DNA from: Bacillota bacterium
Lineage (GTDB): Bacteria > Bacillota > Sulfobacillia > JAIMAT01
Length of the DNA: 64,000 bases
Reading direction: 5' to 3'
Assembly: GCA_029960955.1 (NCBI GenBank)
Contig: JASBVS010000009.1
Location: 22,645-86,644 of the forward strand
Positions 8,588-20,326 of this stretch are shown here, piece after piece. Numbering within the stretch: position 1 is the first letter of the stretch; each line of letters opens with the position of its first letter. The notes beneath the pieces were generated by a model. It did not search any database and was not told where the DNA came from. It saw nothing but the letters and a program-made list of their open reading frames with translations. The position numbers and the translations under genes were made by a program.

Positions 8588-9883
8588 TCAGTCGGGCAGC
8601 GCGCAGCCCTTCGTCTCCGGCACCAGCCCCAGGAGCGCGAGACCGATCAGGAAGGCGATGGAGGTCAGCGCGATGGGCGTACCCAGCGAATGGAAGTAGC
8701 TGACGCCCGCCCCCACCAGGAAGGTGATGGCGGCCCCCAGGAAGCGGCCGATGGAGGTGGCGAAGGCGAAGGCGGTGGCGCGCACGTCGGTGCTGTACTG
8801 CTCGGGCAGCCAGAGCGTGAAGACCGCGAAGTCGGCGCCGCCGAAGCCCAGGACGGGCAGCAGGTAGTAGAAGCTCTGCACGCTGCCGTGATAGAAGACC
8901 CAGCCGAAGTCGCCGGCGACCGCCAGGAACATGCAGAGGAACATGACGGCCAGGGTCGCCCGGCGGCCGATGCCCTCGGCCAGGATCGGCATCAGCAGGC
9001 AGCCGAAGACGGTGAAGGCGGCGGTCAACATGGTCCCGTACGAGGCCAGGTGGACCGTGGTCACCTTGTCGAGGCCCGCGGCCGTGCTCAGCTGCGTGAT
9101 CGCTGTCGGAAGATAGACCGTGCCCGCCCAGAGCCCGATCATGGCAACGCTGAGCAGGAGGGCGTTCCCCACGGTCCGCCGGAGGTAGTGGGGCGCGAAG
9201 ATCCCCGAGAGGAAGCGGCCGAATCCCTCGCGGCGGGTGTGCGTCTCGACCCGCTGCCAGCGCTGGGGCTCGTGGACGCCGTAGCGGATGAAGGCGACCA
9301 GGAAGGCCGGGACGATGCCGATCCAGAACATGACGCGCCAGCCGAAGGCCGGGGTCACGAAGAGGTTCAGGACCGCGGCGACGATGAAGCCGATGTAGTA
9401 GCCGGTGTGCAGGTAGCCGGCACCCATCTTCCTCCGCGACTCCGGCCACTCCTCGGCGACGAACGTGCCGCCCATCGACCACTCGCCGCCGATGCCCAAC
9501 CCCGCCAGGAAGCGGAAGACCATCAGCTCCCACACGTTCTGGGCGAATCCGGCCAGGAAGGTGAAGAGCGAGTAGACCAGGATCGTCCACATCAGCGTGC
9601 GGGCGCGGCCGAAACGGTCGGCCACCGGCCCCCAGAGGGTGGAGAGGCCCCAGCCGACGAGGAAGAGGGCGAAGCCGATGCCGCCCCAGAGGCCGAGGTT
9701 GCCCGGCGTCACCGCGATCCCGGACTTGGGCAGCAGTTCGGTCAGCGCCGGCGTCAGCACCAGGGCGAAGATGCTGGAGTCCATCCCGTCCAGCAACCAG
9801 CCGCCCCACGAGGCGAGGAAGCCGTTGACCTGGTTCCGGGTCAACCGCTCCGCCGCAAGCCGCTCCTCCGTCAACGTCGCCAA
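8588..9883 (-). CDS. MFS transporter
   Basis: 431 aa, 12 predicted hydrophobic segments, MFS loop motif GWGLSTLWGPVADRFGRARTL. TTG start at 9883 with GGAGGTGA 8 nt upstream. Confidence 0.8.
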   Translation of the reverse strand: MATLTEERLAAERLTRNQVNGFLASWGGWLLDGMDSSIFALVLTPALTELLPKSGIAVTPGNLGLWGGIGFALFLVGWGLSTLWGPVADRFGRARTLMWTILVYSLFTFLAGFAQNVWELMVFRFLAGLGIGGEWSMGGTFVAEEWPESRRKMGAGYLHTGYYIGFIVAAVLNLFVTPAFGWRVMFWIGIVPAFLVAFIRYGVHEPQRWQRVETHTRREGFGRFLSGIFAPHYLRRTVGNALLLSVAMIGLWAGTVYLPTAITQLSTAAGLDKVTTVHLASYGTMLTAAFTVFGCLLMPILAEGIGRRATLAVMFLCMFLAVAGDFGWVFYHGSVQSFYYLLPVLGFGGADFAVFTLWLPEQYSTDVRATAFAFATSIGRFLGAAITFLVGAGVSYFHSLGTPIALTSIAFLIGLALLGLVPETKGCALPD

Positions 9884-10058
9884 GCGGACTCACCTCCGGA
9901 CCGCGAGATGGGTGGCGACCCAGACGCGTGCCGACATCGATCGACGACCGACTGTCGACCGTCTACCACCTTGGGCTGCCGGATTCGTCGCGGACTTCGC
10001 TTCTCCTGCCGCAGATCAGCGGAAGATGCAACTTTGACGGTGCGTCACGTCGGAAAGA

Positions 10059-12056
<1,998 letters not shown>

Positions 12057-12119
12057 AGGCGACGGCGCCGGCGGCAGGGCATCCCTCCCCCCTCGCCGGC
12101 GCCGCCCTGCGGGCTCCGC

Positions 12120-14102
12120 TTACGTGGCCTCCCGGATCGCCTCCACGGCCGAGGGGTTCTCCAGCGAGCTGGTGTCGCCCAGTTCCTCGCCCAGGCGCAG
12201 CCGCCGCACCAGCCGCCGCAGCAGCTTGCCGTTCCGGGTGCGCGGGATCTCGCGGGTGAAGCGGACTTCCTCCGGGCGGAGCGGCCTGCCCAGCCGCGCC
12301 GCCACCCACTCCTTCAGCTCCTCGGCCAGCCCCGGCCCCGCCTCGGCGTCCGGGCGCAGGACCACGTAGCAGACCGGCACCTCGCCCTTCACCGGGTGCG
12401 GCAGGCCGACCGCCACCGCCTCGGCCACCGCCGGGTGTTCCACCAGCGCCGACTCGATCTCCGCCGGACCGACGCGCTTGCCCCCCACCTTCAGCGTGTC
12501 GTCCGAGCGCCCCTGGATGGCCCAGAAGCCGTCGGCGTCGATCACCGCCAGGTCGCCGTGCACCCAGAGGCCGGGCCAGCGCGACCAGTACGTCTCCAGG
12601 TACCGCTCCGGGTCGCCCCAGAAGCCGCGCGTCTGCCCCACCCACGGAGCGCGCAGCACCAGCTCGCCCGGCTCGCCGCGGAGCGGCCGCCCCTCCTCGT
12701 CCACCACGTCGGCCGCCATGCCGGGGAGCGGCCCGTGGAAGGCGCACGGCTTGATCGGCTCCGAGAGGAAGCACCCCAGGATCCCCCCGGCGATCTCGGT
12801 ACCCCCGGAGTAGTTGAGGATGGGGATGCGCCCTCCCCCCACCACCTCGAAGAGCCAGCGCCACGGCTCGGGGTTCCAGGGCTCGCCGGTGGAGCCGAAG
12901 GCGCGCAGGCTGGAGAGGTCGCGGCCGCGGGCCCAGCCGTCGCCGGCCGTCATCAGCGCCCGCACGGCGGTGGGCGAGACGCCCAGGTGGGTGAGGCGGT
13001 GCCTCTCCGCCAGTTTCCAGAGCCGGTCCGGCGCCGGATGGTCCGGCACGCCCTCGAAGAGGAGGACGGTGGCACCCAGCATCAGGCCCCCGTAGACCTC
13101 CCACGGTCCCATCATCCAGCCCATGTCGGTCACCCAGCAGAGCCGGTCGCCCGGCCGCAGGTCGAAGGCCAGCGCCAGGTCGGCCGCCGCCTTGAGCGGG
13201 AAGCCGGCGTGGACGTGGAGCGCGCCCTTGGGGCGGCCGGTGGTGCCGGAGGTGTAGAGGATCATGAGCGGCTCCATGGCCTCCATCTCTTCGTTCTCGA
13301 AGGGCGCGCCGGCCTCGCCGCCCGCGGCCAGCACCTCCTCCCAGGCGACGTCGCGCCCGCTGCGCCAGGGCACTTCCTCGCCCAGGCGGCGGACGACGAC
13401 GACCCGCTCCACGCCCGGCGCCTCCTCCGCCGCGACGTCGGCCTCCCGCTTCATGGGCACGCGCCGCCCGCGGCGGAGGAAGCCGTCGGCCGTGACCAGG
13501 AAGCGCGCCCCTGCGTCCCGCAGGCGCGCCGCCACCGCCGGCCCGGCGAAGCCGGAGAAGGCGGGCACGAAGACGGCGCCCAGCTTGGCCAGGGCCAGGA
13601 TGGCCACCGCCGTCTCGGGCAGCATGGGCAGGTAGACCCCCACCCGGTCGCCGCGCCGCACCCCCAGGGCGCGCAGGCCGCGCGCCAGGCGGTCCGCTTC
13701 CTGGCGGAGCTCGCCGTAGGTCAGGCTGCGCGTGGCGCCGTCGTCGCCCTCCCAGAGGAGCGCAAGCCGCCCGGGCTCCGCCTCCGCCTGGCGGTCGAGG
13801 CAGCTCTCGGCCGCGTTGAGCCGCCCGCCGACGAACCACTCCGGCCACTCGATCCCGCGCGAGAGGTCGAGCACGCGCCGGTACGGGCGGCGCCAGACGA
13901 GGCCGAGCTCCCGCTCCACCGCGCCCCAGAACCATTCCGGCTCCTCGACGGAGCGGCGCCAGAGCGCCCCCACGTCCGCCAGGCCGTGGCGCCGCATGAA
14001 ACGCCGGACGAAGGTCCGCTCCGCTTCCTCGGGGTCGGGTCGCCAGGCGACGGCGCCGGTCGAAGCTCCCTCCAGCCCTTCACGCTCCAAGCCTTGCGTC
14101 AC
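12120..14102 (-). CDS. AMP-forming acyl-CoA synthetase (acetoacetyl-CoA / acetyl-CoA synthetase family)
   Basis: 660 aa with the AMP-binding motif LYTSGTTGRPKG, the YSGGTEIAGG hinge and the C-terminal K in PRTRNGKLLRR. The GTG at 14102, or a TTG at 14090 (better SD spacing to GAGGGGGTGA), are the candidate starts. Confidence 0.85.
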   Translation of the reverse strand: MTQGLEREGLEGASTGAVAWRPDPEEAERTFVRRFMRRHGLADVGALWRRSVEEPEWFWGAVERELGLVWRRPYRRVLDLSRGIEWPEWFVGGRLNAAESCLDRQAEAEPGRLALLWEGDDGATRSLTYGELRQEADRLARGLRALGVRRGDRVGVYLPMLPETAVAILALAKLGAVFVPAFSGFAGPAVAARLRDAGARFLVTADGFLRRGRRVPMKREADVAAEEAPGVERVVVVRRLGEEVPWRSGRDVAWEEVLAAGGEAGAPFENEEMEAMEPLMILYTSGTTGRPKGALHVHAGFPLKAAADLALAFDLRPGDRLCWVTDMGWMMGPWEVYGGLMLGATVLLFEGVPDHPAPDRLWKLAERHRLTHLGVSPTAVRALMTAGDGWARGRDLSSLRAFGSTGEPWNPEPWRWLFEVVGGGRIPILNYSGGTEIAGGILGCFLSEPIKPCAFHGPLPGMAADVVDEEGRPLRGEPGELVLRAPWVGQTRGFWGDPERYLETYWSRWPGLWVHGDLAVIDADGFWAIQGRSDDTLKVGGKRVGPAEIESALVEHPAVAEAVAVGLPHPVKGEVPVCYVVLRPDAEAGPGLAEELKEWVAARLGRPLRPEEVRFTREIPRTRNGKLLRRLVRRLRLGEELGDTSSLENPSAVEAIREAT

Positions 14103-14148
14103 CCCCTCGGCTCTCGCCGCGCGAGCCGGCTCTCCTCCCGGCCGCGCA

Positions 14149-15615
14149 CTAGCCCCCTGGCAGCGGCGGCACGTAAGGCAGCGTGCGGGCGAAGAACCAC
14201 ATGAGGAAGAGGACCACCGGCAGGTGGACCAGCAGCTGCAGCACCGAGTAGCCCACCAGCTCCCGCGCGCGGACGTTGAGCAGCCCCAGCACCGGCAGCA
14301 TCCAGAAGGGATTGACCAGGTTGGGCAACGCCTCCGCGGCGTTGTAGATCTGGACCACCCAGCCGAGATGAACGTGGAGGTCCCGCGCCGCCTGGAGCAC
14401 GTAGGGCGCCTCGATCACCCACTTGGAGCCGCCCGAGGGGACGAAGAGCCCCAGCAGCGCCGAGTAGAGCGAGACCAGGATCGGGTAGCTCCCCTTGCTG
14501 GAGATGTGGACGAAGAACTGCGCGAGGTCGCGGGAGATGGGCGAGAGCGTGATCATGCCGAAGATGCCCGCGTAGAAGGGGAACTGGATGAGGACGCCGG
14601 CCGCCGCCGGCACCGCCTCCCCCACCGCCCGGACGAAAGCCCGGGGCCGCCAGTGCAGGAGCATACCGACCATGAGGAAGAGCAGGTTGTAGGTGTTCAG
14701 GTCCAGCGCGGCCATGGGTCCCTTGGCGGCCAGCACCTGGCCCAGGTAGACCAGGCCGACGACCGCCACCAGCACGGTCAGCAGGGGGCTGTACTCCAAC
14801 CACTCGCCGGGCGTCCTGCGCGGCTCCAGGCGCACTTCAGGAAGTCCTACCGGTACCCCGTACGTCTCGGCCGTCTTCGACCGGGCCGCCGCCGGAGCGG
14901 AGAACCAAGCCACCAGCACGGAGAGGACCAGCAGGATGACCGCGGTCGCCAGGCTCTGCCAGGTGAAGATGGTCTGGCTGAGCGGGATGACGCCGCTGAT
15001 CTTCAAAAGGGCCGGCGGGATGGATCCCTGGGTGGCCATCATCAGCGCCGCCGAGCTGGAGAGGCCCAGCGCCCAGATGCTCCCCAGCCCGAGATAGGCG
15101 GCCGCGCCGGCCGCCCGATAGTCGAGCCCCCGCATCCTCTGCGCCAGCTCCCGCACCAGAAGGCCCGAGAAGATCAGGCTGAAGCCCCAGCTGATCAGCG
15201 AGGTGAAGGTGGCGAAGAAGGCGATGAAGGCGACGGCGCCCCGCGGGCTCCTCGGCAGAGTAGCCAGCCAGGCGATGAGCCTCCGGACCGGGGGCGAGCT
15301 GGCCACCACGTAGCCGCCCACAATGATCATGGTCATCTGCATGGTGAAGGGGATCAGGCCCCAGAACCCGTCGCCGAAGTCCTTGACCAGCTCCGCCGGG
15401 GTGCTGCCCACGGCCAGCCCCGCCGCGAAGACGACGACGATGGCGGCCAGGGCGAAGACCAGTGCGTCGGGGAACCATCGCTCGGCCCAGTCGGCCAGGC
15501 CCATGCCCAGGCCGACAAAGACCCCCGGAGAAGCCGCAGGCGGGAGAGGGGCGGCGCCTCCCGCGGGTGAGCCGGCCGGGCCGCCGCCGGAGCGCCCTCC
15601 GCCGTCTGCCATCAT
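14149..15615 (-). CDS. atoE: Short-chain fatty acid transporter (AtoE family)
   Basis: 488-aa polytopic membrane protein with AtoE-family similarity throughout. ATG at 15615 with an AAAGGAGGGG SD. Confidence 0.8.
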   Translation of the reverse strand: MMADGGGRSGGGPAGSPAGGAAPLPPAASPGVFVGLGMGLADWAERWFPDALVFALAAIVVVFAAGLAVGSTPAELVKDFGDGFWGLIPFTMQMTMIIVGGYVVASSPPVRRLIAWLATLPRSPRGAVAFIAFFATFTSLISWGFSLIFSGLLVRELAQRMRGLDYRAAGAAAYLGLGSIWALGLSSSAALMMATQGSIPPALLKISGVIPLSQTIFTWQSLATAVILLVLSVLVAWFSAPAAARSKTAETYGVPVGLPEVRLEPRRTPGEWLEYSPLLTVLVAVVGLVYLGQVLAAKGPMAALDLNTYNLLFLMVGMLLHWRPRAFVRAVGEAVPAAAGVLIQFPFYAGIFGMITLSPISRDLAQFFVHISSKGSYPILVSLYSALLGLFVPSGGSKWVIEAPYVLQAARDLHVHLGWVVQIYNAAEALPNLVNPFWMLPVLGLLNVRARELVGYSVLQLLVHLPVVLFLMWFFARTLPYVPPLPGG

Positions 15616-15696
15616 GGATCCCCTCCTTTCTGCGTGGTGATCTTTGATTTCTGCTGGCGCACCCAGGCCCCTGCCGCGCTGGCCAGCGGACGGCCG

Positions 15697-16872
15697 CTAG
15701 GAGCAGACCACCCATCGGCGGGGATAGGCGTGCAGGGTGACGGCGCCGGAACCCGCGACGAGGACGGTCTCGCCGAGCTGCAGACCGCGGCCGCTCCGGG
15801 GGTCGACCACGTTGGGCTGGATCACCAGCACCATGCCCTCCTCCAGCCTCATCCCTTGCGGATAGGGCTGGTGGACCGTGCGGCGCGTGCGCAGCACCGG
15901 CGGCAGCTGGTCCGCGCCGTGGACCAAGTCGTCGACGATGGTGTAGCCGTGCCGGTGGATCACCTCGCCCGCCTCCATCAGCGCCTCGACGGGGGCGCCC
16001 GGCCGCGCGGCGGCCAGGATCCCCTCCAGCGCCTCGAGGGCCACGTCGTGCAGGTGCCGCCAGCGGGCGTCCGGCGGGCGGCGGAGCGAGTAGGTGCGGT
16101 GGATCTGCCCCTGGTAGCCGGCGAAGCAGGCGGTGATCTCCGTGATCACCACGTCGCCCTCGCGGAGCGGGACGTGAAGGTTGTACTGGGCGGGCACCGC
16201 CAGGAAGGGACCCTCCATGGGCATCACGCCCACGTAGTGGATGCCGGCGTATCCGCCGCCCTCCAGCATGGGGCGCTCCACCAGCGCGGCGATCCGGTCC
16301 TGCGCCAGACCCGGCGCCAGTCCCGACTCCAGGGCGCGCATCGCCTCGTCGGCCAGGCGGGCCGCGTAGCGGAAGCGGGCCAGCTCTTCCTCGCTCTTGC
16401 GCAGGCGCAGCGCCTGGTAGGCGGTGCGGGCGTCCTCCCAGCGGACCTCCGGCAGCTCTGCGGCCAGCGCCCGGTACTGGTCCCAGGGAAGCGCGCCCGC
16501 GATCCCCACCCGGGCGCGTTCCAGGCCCTTCTCGCGCAGGAGCGCGGCCACGCTGCGCGGGTTGACGGGCCCCGCCCAGCGCACGTCGCCGATCTGCGAG
16601 AGGGTGCGCGCCGTGGGCAGGTGGTTGTAGAACTGCAGGAGCAGCGTCGCCTCACCCCTCGCCGGGAAGAGGACATACGCCTCGCGGCCGCCCGGCCAGT
16701 CGGTCAGCCAGTGGACGTCCGCCTGGTAACGACCAGCCCCGTAGACCAGGAGCGCGTCGAGCCCCCGCTCTTCGAGCAGCCGGCGGACGAGCCTCCAGCG
16801 CCGCTCCATCTCCGCGTGCGAGAATCGGAGGGGCGGCTCTTGCTGCGACCTGTCCGGCGCCGTCGCTGCCAA
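15697..16872 (-). CDS. M24-family metallopeptidase (Xaa-Pro aminopeptidase / creatinase-like)
   Basis: N-terminal creatinase_N-like region (RLLEERGLDALLVYGAG) and a C-terminal pita-bread fold with metal ligands (HYVGVMP..., EGMVLVIQP). Confidence 0.8.
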   Translation of the reverse strand: MAATAPDRSQQEPPLRFSHAEMERRWRLVRRLLEERGLDALLVYGAGRYQADVHWLTDWPGGREAYVLFPARGEATLLLQFYNHLPTARTLSQIGDVRWAGPVNPRSVAALLREKGLERARVGIAGALPWDQYRALAAELPEVRWEDARTAYQALRLRKSEEELARFRYAARLADEAMRALESGLAPGLAQDRIAALVERPMLEGGGYAGIHYVGVMPMEGPFLAVPAQYNLHVPLREGDVVITEITACFAGYQGQIHRTYSLRRPPDARWRHLHDVALEALEGILAAARPGAPVEALMEAGEVIHRHGYTIVDDLVHGADQLPPVLRTRRTVHQPYPQGMRLEEGMVLVIQPNVVDPRSGRGLQLGETVLVAGSGAVTLHAYPRRWVVCS

Positions 16873-16958
16873 CGGTCATCACCCCGAGCCAGGGGAAGCC
16901 CCGTCCCCGAGAATTGGAAGTCCAAGAGCGATGCGGGCGCCGGCGGCGATCGCGGCGA

Positions 16959-19127
16959 TCATGCCCGTGCCGCCTCACCCGGGCCTTCCAGCCGGCGCTC
17001 CAGCTCGCTCCAGCGCACGGCGGGCGGGAAGCAGCTCCGGCCGCGGCAGACGTAGGCGGTCAACCGCCCGTCCGCGGCCCGGCGCCCCGCGGCGAGGGCG
17101 ACGCCCGCCTCCTCCGCCCGCGCGCGCTCCAGCACCAGGTCCGGAAGGTAGCGCCGGTGGAGGCGCCGGAGCCACTCGCCGGCGACGGCGGCGGCCGGGC
17201 CGGCGGCGCTTCCTCCGGGGAGGAGGAGCGTCACCTCCAGGGGGCCTTCCTCCGCGGTCAGGCGGGCGGTCCAGAGGCCGGCCGTCGCCTGCGGAAGCTG
17301 CTCCATCACGGCACGGTAGAGCTCCAGCGCCTCCTCCGCCACCTGGCGGAAGCGCGCCTCGCCCGTGTAGGCGGCCAGGCGCAACAGCACGCGCACGGCG
17401 ACCGAGGCCGGCGACGGCGTCGCCTCGTCCTGCCAGGCGGCGACGGGCGCGGGAGCCGGCGGCGGCGCGCCCGCGCCATGGCCCTCCGGCAACCCGCCCT
17501 CCGCCAGGAGGAAGCCCTCCTGGGGCGACCAGAAACGCTCCACCATGCTCCTTCCCAGCTCCGCCGCCGCCCGCAGCCAGCGCCGGTCGAAGGCGACGGG
17601 GTAGAGCTCGAGCAGGCCGTCGGCGAGGAAGGCGAAGTCCTCCAGCGTGGCGGCCAGGTCGGCGCCGAAGCCCTCCCGGTAGCAGCGGAGCAGGCGCAGC
17701 GCCGCCCCCGCGCCGTCGCCGCGGGCGCCTTCGACGCTCCCGGCCGCGGTGCGGGTCATGCGCTCGAGGATGAAGGCGGCCGCCCGCTCGGCCGCCCGCG
17801 CGTAGCGCGCCTCGCCCAGCCCGCGGGCGGCCAGGGCCAGGGCGCGGACCATGAGGCCGTTCCAGCCGGCCAGCACCTTCTCGTCCCGCCCGGGGCGCGG
17901 ACGCCGCAGGCGCGCCCGCAGGAGCCGCCGGCAGCCGCGCCGGAGCCGGGCCTCCAACTCGGCGGGATCCTCCCCGCTCTCCGCCGCCAGCGTCGCCGCC
18001 TCCGCGGCCAGGAAGGGCTGGCTGCCCTCCCCGACGCGCCCGCCCGCGTCGCCGATGCCCAGGTGGCGGCAGAGCAGGCCGGCGTCCGGCTCGCCCAGGA
18101 GGGCGCGCACCTCCTCCGGGGTCCAGAGGTAGTAGCGCCCCTCCTCGCCCTCCGAGTCGGCATCCTGCGAGGTGTAGAAGGCGCCCGCGGGGTGGCGCAT
18201 CTCGCGCAGCGCCCAGCCCAGCGTCCGCCGCGCCACTTGCAGCAGCCAGGGCTCCCCCTCCAGCTGCCAGGCCGCCAGGTAGAGCGGGGCGAGGAGCGCG
18301 TTGTCGTAGAGCATCTTCTCGAAGTGGGGGATCCGCCAGCCGGGGTCGACCGTGTAGCGGTGGAAGCCGCCGCCCAGCTGGTCGTGGAGGCCTCCGCGCG
18401 CCATCGCCCGGAGCGCCCGGTCGACCACCTCGAGGAGTTCGGGCCGGCGCCGTCCGGTCCGCAGGAGGAGTTCCAGCTCGGGGGCGCGGGGGAACTTGGG
18501 GCCCCGTCCCAGACCGCCGTGGACGGGGTCGGCTTCCTCGGCGAGCCGGAGCGCCGCCGCCTCCGCCGAGCCGAACCCTTCCTCGCCAGGAAGGAGGCCG
18601 GGCAGCGGCGGCGCCAGCGCCTGCGCCGTCGCCCGCGCCCAGGAGTCCGCGGCGCGCTCCACCTCTTCGCGGCGGCGGAGCCAGGCGTCGGCCACCGCCT
18701 CCAGGACGCGCGGGAAGCCGGGCAGCCCGTGCCGGTCGACGGGCGGGAAGTAGGTGCCCGCATGGAAGGGGCGGCCGTCGGGCAGGAGCCAGACCGTCAG
18801 CGGCCAGCCGCCCCGGCCGGTGGCCAGCTGGCAGGCGGCCTGGTAGTAGCGGTCGAGCTCGGGGTGCTCCTCGCGGTCGACCTTGACGCAGACGAAGTGG
18901 CGGTTCATCAGGCCCGCGATGGCCTCGTCCTGGAAGGACTCGTGCTCCATCACGTGGCAGCAGTGGCAGGCCGAGTAGCCGATGCTGAGGAGGACCGGCC
19001 GCGACTCGGCCCGCGCCCGGGCGAAGGCTTCCTCGCCCCAGGGGTGCCGGTCGACCGGGTCGTGGGCGTGCTGCTGGAGGTAGGGCGAGGCTTCGCGGAT
19101 CAGGCGGTTGGGCGGGCGCTGGGCCAA
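16959..19127 (-). CDS. Thioredoxin-domain protein, DUF255 / YyaL family
   Basis: Conserved N-terminus [54 protein letters not shown] and a C-terminal (alpha/alpha)6-barrel-like region. The likely start is the TTG at 19127, with GGGAGGGAG 8 nt upstream. The ORF-track ATG at 19316 would add 63 low-complexity residues. Confidence 0.8.
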   Translation of the reverse strand: MAQRPPNRLIREASPYLQQHAHDPVDRHPWGEEAFARARAESRPVLLSIGYSACHCCHVMEHESFQDEAIAGLMNRHFVCVKVDREEHPELDRYYQAACQLATGRGGWPLTVWLLPDGRPFHAGTYFPPVDRHGLPGFPRVLEAVADAWLRRREEVERAADSWARATAQALAPPLPGLLPGEEGFGSAEAAALRLAEEADPVHGGLGRGPKFPRAPELELLLRTGRRRPELLEVVDRALRAMARGGLHDQLGGGFHRYTVDPGWRIPHFEKMLYDNALLAPLYLAAWQLEGEPWLLQVARRTLGWALREMRHPAGAFYTSQDADSEGEEGRYYLWTPEEVRALLGEPDAGLLCRHLGIGDAGGRVGEGSQPFLAAEAATLAAESGEDPAELEARLRRGCRRLLRARLRRPRPGRDEKVLAGWNGLMVRALALAARGLGEARYARAAERAAAFILERMTRTAAGSVEGARGDGAGAALRLLRCYREGFGADLAATLEDFAFLADGLLELYPVAFDRRWLRAAAELGRSMVERFWSPQEGFLLAEGGLPEGHGAGAPPPAPAPVAAWQDEATPSPASVAVRVLLRLAAYTGEARFRQVAEEALELYRAVMEQLPQATAGLWTARLTAEEGPLEVTLLLPGGSAAGPAAAVAGEWLRRLHRRYLPDLVLERARAEEAGVALAAGRRAADGRLTAYVCRGRSCFPPAVRWSELERRLEGPGEAARA

Positions 19128-19385
19128 CGGCGGCTCCCTCCCGGCTCGGTCCGCGGGGCCGGACCGGCTTGAGCCAGTTGCTCTGGTAAGAATACACCCG
19201 CCCGGCGCCCGTCCGGCCGCTCGCGGCGCACGAGGCGAGGCTGAGGATGCGGAGAGCGTGGCCATTGGGGGTTCGGCCCGGCGGGATCGAAGGCTTCGCA
19301 GCGGTCCGCCGGGCAAGACGAGGAGGGTCCCGATCCCGACCTGCTTCCGATGCGGCGGCCCGGGGCCGCCGGCGGCCGATCCCGC

Positions 19386-20174
19386 TCAGCCGGCCTCCCG
19401 CTGCCCGGCCTCCGGCGCCGGAGCGTCCGAGGCGGAGCCCTGCGGGGCCGGGAGCAGATCCAGCAGCTGGCGCAGGTCGTGGATGACCAGGCAGTCGTTC
19501 ACTTCCTCCACGCCCAGGCGGTCGAAACGGTTGAGGAGGACGGCCTTCGCGCCCACGGAGCGGGCGCCCACCACGTCGTCGTAGTAGTTGTCGCCCACGT
19601 ACAGGAAGCCGGCGCCGGCGACGCCGGCGTCGAGCAGGACCCTCCGGAAGAGCCGCGGATCCGGCTTCTCGATCCCCCACTCCGCCGAGATGTAGATGCG
19701 GCGGAAGTAGTGCGCCAGGCCCAGGCGCTCCACCAGGGCGCGCCCGTCCGGACCCCAGTTGGAGACCAGGACCAGTGGATAGCCGCGGCGACGGAGCTCC
19801 TCGAGCGTCGGGAGCGTCCAGGGGTAGAGCTCCCAGTCGATCCGCAGACCGGCCAGGTCGCGCAGCTGCTGCGTCATGTCGATGTGGAGCCCCAGCTCCT
19901 CGTTGACCATGCCCAGGTACCACGGCAGCCAGGTGCTCGGGTGCCGGCCCAGCACCCCCGGGAACTCCCGCATGAAGCGCTTGTCGACCAGGTGGAAGGC
20001 CCGCTCGACCTGCTCCCGGCTGGGGAGAGGCAGGTCGCGGGCGCGCAGGTAGGCGAGGTAAGCCGCTACCCGTCCCGGGTTGTCAATGAGCGTCCAGCCA
20101 AGGTCGAAGCCGATCAGGCAGGGTCCCTCTTCCCTCATCCGCTCCATCCCTGCGTCCGTCCCCCTCTGCCCCAT
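19386..20174 (-). CDS. HAD-superfamily hydrolase
   Basis: HAD motif I CLIGFDLGWTL, motif II/III region, motif IV YVGDNYYDD. The true start is probably an internal ATG at 20146 or 20137 (MERMREEGP / MREEGPCLIG), so the N-terminal 10-13 aa are uncertain. Confidence 0.7.
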   Translation of the reverse strand: MGQRGTDAGMERMREEGPCLIGFDLGWTLIDNPGRVAAYLAYLRARDLPLPSREQVERAFHLVDKRFMREFPGVLGRHPSTWLPWYLGMVNEELGLHIDMTQQLRDLAGLRIDWELYPWTLPTLEELRRRGYPLVLVSNWGPDGRALVERLGLAHYFRRIYISAEWGIEKPDPRLFRRVLLDAGVAGAGFLYVGDNYYDDVVGARSVGAKAVLLNRFDRLGVEEVNDCLVIHDLRQLLDLLPAPQGSASDAPAPEAGQREAG

Positions 20175-20326
20175 GGTAGCCCGGGTGCAGGAGCCTTCCT
20201 TGTGCGTCGCGTTAAGATCCGCCGCCCGCCGAACCCCGCCGTGCCCTCCGCGCCGCGCCCGAAAGCGGAGGGCGGCGCGCCCGGCGTCGCCCTCCGCGCT
20301 GGGTCAGGCTTCCTCCGGAGCGCCGC

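Noticed and set aside
12057-12119. GC-rich imperfect inverted repeats between the convergent amidase and acyl-CoA synthetase genes
   Set aside because: No clean stem and no T-run, so it is indistinguishable from background GC-rich sequence.
16975-19923. A 982-aa minus-strand ORF and a 752-aa plus-strand ORF (16914-19172) overlapping the YyaL gene
   Set aside because: They are alternative frames with extreme R/G/P/A composition and no domain similarity. The YyaL frame carries clear family motifs.
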